Part shown: in pieces, positions 9,158 through 15,801 of the stretch
How the letters are laid out: each line of letters begins with the position of its first letter
How positions within the stretch are numbered: position 1 is the first letter of the stretch
Assembly: GCA_031269465.1 (NCBI GenBank)
Contig: JAISZB010000069.1
Location: forward strand, 1 to 18,667
Origin: Clostridiales bacterium
GTDB lineage: Bacteria > Bacillota > Clostridia > Lachnospirales > WQUN01
Direction: 5' to 3'
Length of the DNA stretch: 18,667 nt
Made by a program: the position numbers and the translations under genes
Notes under the pieces: generated by a model
Database searches by the model: none
What the model saw: only the letters and a program-made list of their open reading frames with translations
What the model was told of the DNA's origin: nothing

Positions 9158-9720
9158 ATGTCTCCCCCGGCGGCGAAAGAAAAGCTCCGCCGCTGCCGAA
9201 AACTGCAAATGCGCGCGGAATGTTTTTTTGACTGTCTCGGAGATGTGGAGAAAATCAGCGTCACGGACATAAGCTTTGATAAAATGGCATTTGGCGTCAT
9301 GAACGGATTCGCGCAATGGATGCTTGAGGCGGGGAAATGCAAGAACAGCTCCGCGAATCAAAGGCTATCGCGCATATGGGCGTTCTGCAGGCGCGCATCG
9401 TTGCGAAAGCCTGCCTGCGGCATTTGCTGCAATGAGGTGAAGAGCGCCGGCTCCTTGGATGCCGGCAAGGGCAGGCAAGTGAAATTCTTTTCCGAGGACG
9501 CTCTCCAAGCCATTTTGGAGCAGCCGGACGCATCCGCCAAAATCGGCTGGGGGATTTCTCCCTCATGCTTCTGATGCATGACGCAGGCGCCAGGGCCGGC
9601 GAAATTCTGAAGTTGAGGCTGCCGGGCATTGAATCCCATTCAAGGGAGCTGATAGTGGGCGTCGAAGGAAAAGGGGGCAAGCTCAGGCAGATCCCCCTTA
9701 TGGATGCAACGTGCGCGTAA
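9158..9720 (+). pseudogene. Tyrosine recombinase 3 (RitC-like): N-terminal core-binding domain plus box I only; frameshift at ~9550 and 3'-truncated at ~9720
   Basis: - 9158-9574 has the SAM-like core-binding pattern: …MAFGVMNGFAQWMLEAGKCKNSSANQRLSRIWAFCRRAS…FFSEDALQAILEQPDASAKIGW.
- The frame then shifts inside a G5 run (9549-9553). Restoring one G gives GDFSLMLLMHDAGARAGEILKLRLPGIESHSRELIVGVEGKGGKLRQIPLMDATCA*.
- No HxxR/Y region follows. The sequence becomes AT-rich promoter DNA at 9721. Confidence 0.6.
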
Positions 9721-9776
9721 CTCGGGAAATACTAGGCGGTTTTCCATAAGGGCAGCCCGCCGACCCAATATTTGTT

Positions 9777-9833
9777 TTACACTGTCAGGCATGGCTTGGT
9801 ATACTGATTTTCATTGGTAATTTATGGTATAAT
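9777..9833 (+). promoter_or_regulatory. Two candidate sigma-70-type promoters in the AT-rich spacer
   Basis: TTACAC (9777-9782), a 17-nt spacer, then TATACT (9800-9805). A separate extended -10, TGgTATAAT, lies at 9825-9833. No ORF follows for ~190 nt. Confidence 0.3.
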
Positions 9834-9930
9834 TCATACAGGCTGTAAGAGTTATATGCCCCATTGAACCCTAACTAGGGATGAAATCATTAACTTGTAT
9901 TGCTTAAATCCTTTATCTCGCTACCTTTTA

Positions 9931-9983
9931 GTCGATTAAAATGTCGACAAATACTTAACAAAAATGTCGCTGCATTCTATAAT
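9931..9983 (+). promoter_or_regulatory. Candidate promoter/operator of the phd-vapC operon
   Basis: TTAACA (9955-9960), a 17-nt spacer, then TATAAT (9978-9983). The ATG at 10024 is preceded by AAGGCGGAG (10012-10020). Direct repeats AAAATGTCG lie at 9938-9946 and 9961-9969. Inverted GTCGA / GTCGAC lie at 9931-9948 and bracket the -35. Confidence 0.35.
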
Positions 9984-10023
9984 AGCAATAGACATATTAT
10001 AAATAACGGACAAGGCGGAGATA

Positions 10024-10404
10024 ATGATGGAATTTGTACCTTTAAGAAGTCTACAGCGGGGATTACCAGAGGTCTGGCAGACTCTGCGCAAAGAAAATGG
10101 CCGAATTATTTTGACCAATAAAGGTCAACCAGCATATTTGCTTGTTGATTTAGCAGATAAAGACATCATCAATTTAATTAATTTTTTTGACGACTATCAA
10201 GCAAAAGCGGCGAGTGCGACTTGCGATCCAAAAGTTGAGACAAGTCAGAAACTAACGCCTCAAGAAGAAAAAGCCGCCCAAAATTTTTTAGCGGCAATGC
10301 AAACATTTAGAGAGACTAACTTTACACCAGAGGTTCTAAAGGCATTTACTGAACTTGAGAGCGGTAAATACCGACCTAAGTTATTTCGGGAGCTTGACTT
10401 ATGA
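10024..10404 (+). CDS. Type II antitoxin, Phd/YefM family (126 aa)
   Basis: N-terminus MMEFVPLRSLQRGLPEVWQTLRKENGRIILTNKGQPAYLLVDLADKDIINLI fits the Phd/YefM fold pattern (…ARQNL…PIlITrnG.p.avLvsl..Y..L). Its stop overlaps the toxin start (ATGA at 10401-10404). Confidence 0.8.
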   Translation: MMEFVPLRSLQRGLPEVWQTLRKENGRIILTNKGQPAYLLVDLADKDIINLINFFDDYQAKAASATCDPKVETSQKLTPQEEKAAQNFLAAMQTFRETNFTPEVLKAFTELESGKYRPKLFRELDL

Positions 10405-10814
10405 TATATGCACTTGATACCAATATTGTTTCATACATCATCAGGGGTGAAGGAGAAGCTGACAAGCGATTTTCACAAGAGCTTCAGGCCGGCAATTCAT
10501 TTGCCATTCCACCAATGGCGGTCTACGAATTAAAACGTTGGCTAATGGATAATCCATCGAAAGAAATGAGATTTCTGGCTCGAGAATTCGATAGTTTATA
10601 CAAAAGTGTACGCCACAAATCAGAAATGTCCGCTTCTGCATGGGAAGAAGCGGCGAAAATTTATATTCATTTAAAGCAAAAAGGTGAATTGATTGAAGAC
10701 ATGCATATTTTAATTGCCTCTTATTGTTTAGTGAATGATTATGTACTGGCAACTAATAATGCTAGACATTTTGATCGGATAGATGGAATAAAATATGTTA
10801 ATTGGATGAATTAG
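10401..10814 (+). CDS. vapC: Type II toxin VapC (PIN-domain ribonuclease), 137 aa
   Basis: MIYALDTNIVSYIIRGEGEADKRF… carries the PIN acidic residues: D in LDTN, E in YELK, D in IEDMHILIAS, and N/D in ATNNARHFDRI. The 4-bp ATGA overlap with the antitoxin indicates translational coupling. An 11-bp perfect inverted repeat (10818-10828 / 10848-10858) follows the stop. Confidence 0.85.
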   Translation: MIYALDTNIVSYIIRGEGEADKRFSQELQAGNSFAIPPMAVYELKRWLMDNPSKEMRFLAREFDSLYKSVRHKSEMSASAWEEAAKIYIHLKQKGELIEDMHILIASYCLVNDYVLATNNARHFDRIDGIKYVNWMN

Positions 10815-10943
10815 TTAGAGCTATACTCTACTACTCAGTTTGTGACCGAGTATAGCTCCAATATTATAAGGTTAAGAAAATTCGACACTGATTAATGTCT
10901 CTCGTGCGAACATCCATTTCTGCGAAGATCCGACGGATATGCA

Positions 10944-10978
10944 GGCAGGGTTGAAAGCGACCCTGCCTTGTTGCGTTC
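10944..10978 (+). terminator. Terminator-like hairpin
   Basis: GGCAGGGT-tgaaagcg-ACCCTGCC followed by TTGTTGCGTT. Confidence 0.3.
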
Positions 10979-11080
10979 AGCCTATAAAAACGCCAATGCA
11001 AAAAGGAGCGGACAAGCGTTGCTTGCGGCCTCACGCAACAGCCAAAACCAAAATTTAATCAAGTGGGGGAGCCAATCACG

Positions 11081-11260
11081 ATGAAACAGACCGTGACAAC
11101 GGTGGTTGCGACGCTAAAAAGGGCAGCGCCGTTAAACCTGCGGAAGCGGATTGGTTCCACCACCTACAAGGTGTCAATCCGTTTCAGCGAAACAGCGACT
11201 GAAACACTGGAGGACAAAATCCTCCGACTGATTGAGCGGGAGGCGCAAAATGCTTCCTGA
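11081..11260 (+). CDS. Small hypothetical protein (59 aa) immediately upstream of the serine-recombinase fragment
   Basis: ATG at 11081 with GGGGGAG 9 nt upstream. Protein MKQTVTTVVATLKRAAPLNLRKRIGSTTYKVSIRFSETATETLEDKILRLIEREAQNAS. Co-oriented with the recombinase and 53 bp upstream of it. I recognise no family with confidence; small accessory proteins of serine-recombinase transposons are a possibility. Confidence 0.4.
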   Translation: MKQTVTTVVATLKRAAPLNLRKRIGSTTYKVSIRFSETATETLEDKILRLIEREAQNAS

Positions 11261-11312
11261 CGCCGTTTAATGTGCCGCAAGCGTTCAGAACTGCCGGAAT
11301 CAGGAGGCCGAA

Positions 11313-11689
11313 ATGAACAAGAAAACCACGATTCTCTACGAGCGCTTGAGTAGGGAAGATTCGAGGGCCGATGAAAGTCTGTCCATCGAAAACCAGAAGA
11401 AGATTCTGGAGAAGTACGCTGCGGAGATGGCTTCACGCCATTCTCCCATATCAGTGATGACGGCGCGACCGGAGCCAACTTCAATCGACCCGGCTGGCAG
11501 GAGCTGATCGCCAAAGTCGAGAACGATGTGGTCAGCACGATACTCATCAAGACGATGGACATGATGGGGCGCGATTACCTCCGCGCCGGGCTGTTCCGAG
11601 AGCGCGGGGTGCGCCTGATAGCCGTCGGCGACGGTTACGACAGTTCGCTCGGCGATGACGAGCGTTTACCGCGCCAAAAGATTTTTTGA
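11313..11689 (+). pseudogene. Large serine recombinase, N-terminal resolvase catalytic domain only; frameshift at ~11441 and 3'-truncated
   Basis: AGGAGG lies 6 nt upstream of the ATG. MNKKTTILYERLSREDSRADESLSIENQKKILEKYAAEMASRH contains the Y-x-R-x-S catalytic-serine motif typical of large serine recombinases. After a one-T deletion in a TTT run it continues FSHISDDGATGANFNRPGWQELIAKVENDVVSTILIKTMDMMGRDYLRAGLFRERGVRLIAVGDGYDSSLGDDERLPRQKIF*. The ~350-aa recombinase and zinc-ribbon C-terminal domains are absent. The convergent RidA gene begins 21 bp later. Confidence 0.7.
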
Positions 11690-11709
11690 CGCCAGCAAAT
11701 TCAATTTTC

Positions 11710-12045
11710 ATCAAACCCTAATCTCCCATGTCTGATAAATAAATTCACTGGCTAAAGTCATCATTGCAGGGAAACCGCCTTTATCAAAGCATTCATAGAA
11801 AACGGCACTTGCCTTGACAAAATCCAATAAGTCTAGCAAATACAAATTAATCTGAACCATATCGCTAAACGTTGCGCCTACTGGCACTAAGGTATTCTCA
11901 TGCTTATAAAAGCTGCTCGCATTTGATGTTCAATATCTTTCATGTCAAATCCACCTGCATGGTGTGCAAGAAAGATGAATCGCCCTCGACTACACAACCC
12001 GGACAGCAATATTCGACTAGCTCTCTGCGCGTCATCGATATTCAT
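11710..12045 (-). pseudogene. RidA/YjgF/TdcF-family protein, frameshifted (about 110 aa if repaired)
   Basis: - First frame: MNIDDAQRASRILLSGLCSRGRFIFLAHHAGGFDMKDIEHQMRAAFISMRIP*.
- Adjacent frame: (L)VPVGATFSDMVQINLYLLDLLDFVKASAVFYECFDKGGFPAMMTLASEFIYQTWEIRV*.
- This matches the RidA C-terminal pattern …aGa.l.dVvk.tvyL.d..dFaavN.vY..yF….PAR.av.V..LP.ga.vEIe.iA.
- The frames join if CC (minus strand, ~11891) is read as CCC.
- AAGGAAG RBS. The start codon forms an ATGA overlap with the CPBP stop. Confidence 0.55.
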
Positions 12046-12904
12046 CTTCCTTTGATTTTGTATTTCCCATTAATTAACAAAAGAGCTAAAATTATAACCG
12101 CCGCATATCCGATTACTTCGGGGAAAGAGGCTTCAATTCCGAACGCGCCGCCTGTCAAAAGCACCGATTTTGTTTGCAAGGTATAGGTGAAAATATTGGC
12201 ATTGCGGGGATTAACGCCAATAGTCAATATCTGTCCTATAATGATTAAGTTCCAAATGCCGTGAACGACCGCGCCCGGAAATATAGAACCGCTCTGATAG
12301 CAAATCAGCGAAAACGTTATCGATACACTTGTCCCGGCAACGAACAGCAGCAGAATGTCTAGCAAGTTGGGATTTTGCATATTTGTAAGATGCATCAGTA
12401 CGAAGATAATCGATGGCACGAGAACCGCCGCGATTTTACCGAAATGAACCTCAAGAATCCTCATAACAAAGCCCCTAAAAAGCAGTTCTTCGCCAAATCC
12501 GGCGGCAAGGCAAGCGCTGAATATTGCGCAGGCAAAAATATACTCAATCGTTGCGCTGTCCAAATGCCGATTTGCGAAAACTCCGTCCGCGAAAAATATA
12601 AAGTATAGCGAAACGAGCGCGGGCAGAATCACGGCGACAGGAATCCAAACCGCCCAAGCCCTCGGAGAAGCGGGCTTTTTCACTCGGCAATCTGATAAAA
12701 CTATTTTCAGCGCTTTTCGGCAATACAGGCTGAGCAGCACAAACAACAGCGCGGCACGGACGAGTGCATTCAAAACTTGCGAAATCACAGGGGACGGAAT
12801 GTGAAACGCAAGCGTCGCTATCCCTTGGATAAAACAAATCCGACAATGCCGACAAGCGCGTGAAGCATTGCCTTTGGCGCGGTTAGAATAAATTCTATTT
12901 TCAT
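12042..12904 (-). CDS. CPBP-family intramembrane metalloprotease (CAAX protease / Abi domain), with an apparent frameshift at ~12825
   Basis: The 248-aa ORF (12042-12788) has multiple TM helices and the CPBP motif 1, EELLFRG (…AAGFGEELLFRGFVMRIL…), with later conserved His residues (…LMHLTN…, …VVHGIWN…). Upstream, in frame -1, is MKIEFILTAPKAMLHALVGIVGFVLSKG* (start 12904). Reading one extra A in the AA run at ~12825 joins it as …VLSKGIATLAFHIPSPVISQVLNALV…, a plausible first TM helix. Confidence 0.8.
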
Positions 12905-13050
12905 ATGCATTTCCCTTTCCCTGCTGTGCCTTTAGACTTCCAATTTTTCGTCCTACACGTTTGCAGCAACTTCCGATTGGTTGATTCCATTTACTTTCTT
13001 TTTCCTGCCAACCATCATCACATACATAAATAAAACAATGATAAAGACTA

Positions 13051-13435
13051 TTATATGCGCGATTGAAATGCGCCTATTTCTTTTGATAGTTTTCGGCACT
13101 TTCTGCCGATATAAAACGCATATCCATAATGCTGTTTATATTGCGAGTGCAGTTCCACTTCGCATTCATCATTCTCGACATAGGCCTCCGCAGTTTTATT
13201 GCCGGAATGCCTTATCAGAAACGCTTTTCCGCTTCTGCTCTGGGTTCGAAATGATTGTCCGTCCAACACTGTTCTGGCAGCTTAAACACAGCTATGGGAG
13301 CATAGCCCGCCCTTTGCATTACTTAAATACTATGCCCTATCGTATCCAATCCGCTGCAGGCATCAGACCAAAATTTCTCGACTTCATCGGCGTGTTCGTC
13401 CGTGAACCAGAAAGGGCAGCTTACATAGCCGTTCA
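13051..13435 (-). pseudogene. Small gene directly downstream of the TetR gene, broken into three frames (36 aa + ~35 aa + 72 aa); product unknown
   Basis: - MNGYVSCPFWFTDEHADEVEKFWSDACSGLDTIGHSI*, whose start lies 2 nt after the TetR stop.
- MQRAGYAPIAVFKLPEQCWTDNHFEPRAEAEKRF*.
- …AFLIRHSGNKTAEAYVENDECEVELHSQYKQHYGYAFYIGRKCRKLSKEIGAFQSRI*.
Together these read like one ~130-aa protein. No family assigned. Confidence 0.25.
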
Positions 13436-13438
13436 TTT

Positions 13439-14153
13439 TCAGAAATCCGTTCCAATGTGCCTCTCCACCATTTTGATGGCTGCCGCCTTGTCCTCCATGC
13501 TGTCGAAAATGTTCATCATCATGTAGATGGGAGAGAAATACTCCAACGCGAGGATATACGGGTCTTTATCGACATTGTGCGGCAACTCCGCCATTTCACG
13601 CATCAAATCCTGCGTGTGGCTGACGCCGCCGCCCGTCAGGCATTGATTCAGCAACTCCGCCATCTCCTGATTCCTGTACTGCTCAATCGTCAGTATTTTT
13701 CGGGTCTTTAAACTTAACTGGGCAAAAAGCAAGAATGCACATGCAAGAACCTTGTAAAATCAGCGTTTGAGTCATTGGATGCAGGGCAGTGCCCGCTAGA
13801 GTTTAAAGACCCTATTTTTCTAAACGGCGCCGCAAATTCATCCTCCGTCCAATAACGGAACTGAGCGACGCTGATCGCCTTGATTTTTTCAAGCGCGGTA
13901 TTGCGGCGCGTTTCCTCCGCATCGGAAAAACCTACTTTCTGCACTCCGAACTCCTTTGCCCGCTGCGCGTCTCGCTCCCGCATACGGCGTACTATGCTGT
14001 CATAGATGTCTTGCTTGTTTTGTAGTGCCTGTACAATGCGCCTTTCGCTATTCCAAGCCGCCCCGCAATCATGCTGGCGGATGCCGCTTCATAGCCGTCT
14101 TTCGCAAACAGCTTCAGCGCCGCAATCAAAATTCTCTCTTTCGTGTTTTCCAT
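13439..14153 (-). pseudogene. TetR/AcrR-family transcriptional regulator (about 199 aa when repaired), interrupted by a 111-bp MITE plus a -1 frameshift in the HTH region
   Basis: - GGAGG RBS, then MENTKERILIAALKLFAKDGYEAASASMIAGRLGIAKGALYRHYK.
- Here an A4 run (~14017-14020) should be A5.
- It continues NKQDIYDSIVRRMRERDAQRAKEFGVQKVGFSDAEETRRNTALEKIKAISVAQFRYWTEDEFAAPFRK.
- Then the MITE.
- Then ILTIEQYRNQEMAELLNQCLTGGGVSHTQDLMREMAELPHNVDKDPYILALEYFSPIYMMMNIFDSMEDKAAAIKMVERHIGTDF*.
- Removing 13702-13820 restores …APFRKILTIEQ… exactly in frame. Confidence 0.8.
13702..13812. mobile_element. MITE-like insertion, 111 bp; 12-bp perfect terminal inverted repeats and an 8-bp target-site duplication
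   Basis: - TIR-L GGGTCTTTAAAC (13702-13713) and TIR-R GTTTAAAGACCC (13801-13812).
- Flanked by the perfect direct repeat TATTTTTC at 13694-13701 and 13813-13820.
- No ORF inside.
- Contains the internal palindrome GGGCAGTGCCC.
- Precise excision with one TSD copy restores the TetR reading frame. Confidence 0.75.
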
Positions 14154-14680
14154 TTCCGGCCTCCATTGCATAAACAGCCTTTTACGGCTATTATAGTATA
14201 CGCTCGTTTACTCGTCTAGAGATTTTAGAGACGGATAATTAAAAAAGAGAAAAGAGAAAAAATAAAAAATATCCGAAATATCCTTGGCAGCACAGTTCTA
14301 AGGCTTTTGGAGTATCAACTATGAGAATTTTTAACTCTCCAGTTCTAAAATATAAACTTTTTCCACGTTTCCTCCTCAGGTGTTTTTGAGGTGGATTTTC
14401 ATACTATCTATTCAGTCCTTATCCAGCATTCGCCATTTTAATCATCAAATAAACCTGACACGGATTTTGCGCTTAAGCTTTTTTGAGTTTGCTGGATGAG
14501 GCCAGCCAAATTCACTTGCACGGCTATTTTGTCAGCGGCGAAGTTTCTGCGGATGCGCCGGTTAACATCCAGAAAGCCGCCGGTCTTCTGTAGGCCGTAC
14601 ATTTGGCTTGCGGGCTAGCCGTGGAAAAGGCCGCTACTATGGTCGCCAGGCGCCGTGAGGCAACCATCGGGTTAATCCAT

Positions 14681-14815
14681 GATTTCTTTGGATTTACGCC
14701 GAAGGAACTTGATTGATTATCCATTGAGTGGTGCGAAATGCCGATATCGCCATTTCGCACTCGCTGTATAGTCAAGCTCCCAAAAAGGCAATTTTCTATG
14801 AAAATCAGCATGTCT
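14681..14815. repeat. Composite nested-hairpin repeat, copy B
   Basis: - Left arm CTTGATTGATTATCC (14709-14722), cf. GGAGCTTGATTATCC in copy C.
- 30-bp near-perfect palindrome GTGCGAAATGCCGAT|ATCGCCATTTCGCAC (14731-14760), cf. the hairpin of copy A.
- Then …GTCAAGCTCCCAAAAAGGCAATTTTCTATGAAAATCAGCAT…, homologous to the A/C right segment TCAAGCTCCAAAATAGGTGATTTGACTGCAAATCGGCAT. Confidence 0.55.
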
Positions 14816-15801
14816 GCCAGAGGCGGCAAAATGGTAGTCTTGCAATGCGGCGGCATAGAGTGCCTCATGCTATACCGGGCGACAATAGAGGAGGCGGAAG
14901 CCTAGAGTAACGGAATTTTGTCGGGGTGCGACTGTCTCCTGAACATAAGATTAAGGTGGAGATTTGCTCTATCTCAAATGCTTTCAAGATAATATCAGTG
15001 GAGAGTTTGAGAAGATGGCATAAGCTTGCAAAGGAAGGAATATGATAGACCGTGTATGCCTAAAGAACTGATGATGGGACTTAATCGAGAGTCTAAGTTC
15101 GGAGAGCATCCATCTCAAAGGATATTATTCTAAATATAGTCGCAATCTAAAGCCAAGCCCAAAAATAAGGACTTGCATCAGTATAACTGCTCGCAGGGTG
15201 GAAAAGTGCATCAGCAGCTTATAGCTGGTTGCATTAGTTGAGTGATGGCTTCGGAAAATGTGGACATTGGGAAGTGGAGCTTCTCTAAGGGCAATAGCAA
15301 GGGAATGAGGAAAGTGTAGAAGCGCTAAAAGTTCATTTGCAAAAACAATTCCCAAGAGATTATTTTCTATGGTTCCCCAAGAAGCGCTTCTTGGCGGAGG
15401 GTTTCTTCAGGGGCCAAGGCGGATAAGCTTTGGACGGCATAGGTTGAATTAGTGCCTGAGGCCGTCCTCGCTGCAGCAATTGTTTTACTTCTAAGCCGCA
15501 GCAAACGGGATGGATATTATTCACGCAGATTACTCAGCTAAATATAGAAAACAGCAGTATCGGCTGCCGCCAGAACGAAATCAATCATGGCTGATTTATC
15601 AAAATAAGCGAACGATTCTATGCCGCAATTTTTTGCGCTTGCAGAAGAGTTGAAAACATGAATATACGGCTAGACTTTCGCAACTCTGCCCGCTGTACTC
15701 TGCAGTTCGCTGCATGTTGATTCCTTATGGCAGATTTTTCGCTTTTTGCATAGAGGCTTTCATCAGTTTTTTCGCCGTTGCCAGGGGTCATGGAGGTAAA
15801 T

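Larger units (their letters stand above)
7091..9720 (+). mobile_element. Decayed recombinase-in-trio (RIT)-like element: three co-oriented, closely spaced tyrosine recombinase genes
   Basis: Three adjacent tyrosine-recombinase genes on the same strand with 45-100-bp gaps. Lengths step long / short / (truncated). They sit in a GC-rich block unlike the flanking DNA. Established knowledge: RIT elements carry ritA-ritB-ritC in this arrangement. Terminal repeats were not identified. Confidence 0.4.

Noticed and set aside
8876-9361. 161-aa minus-strand ORF, with 9106-9342 and 9297-9680
   Set aside because: Antisense to recombinases 2 and 3 in GC-rich DNA. The sense strand carries clear integrase motifs.
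12981-13526. 181-aa plus-strand ORF
   Set aside because: It is antisense to the TetR-downstream gene fragments and the TetR 3' end, has low-complexity Ile/Phe-rich composition, and has no RBS.
14470-14716. Two short in-frame fragments (…IHLHGYFVSGEVSADAPVNIQKAAGLL* / AVHLACGLAVEKAATMVARRREATIGLIHDFFGFTPKELD*) ending inside repeat copy B. Possible remnant of an IS200/RAYT-type HUH transposase
   Set aside because: The resemblance is limited to a GYFVS-like pentapeptide and a vague NPV.AGLV-like stretch. No HuH motif, no start codon, and the frame is bounded by stops. Noted only because of the adjacent REP-like repeat.
15125-15355. 76-aa minus-strand ORF in the 14.9-15.8 kb ORF-poor spacer
   Set aside because: Low complexity and no RBS. 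The spacer shows scattered short open frames on the plus strand that may be gene debris, but nothing assignable.
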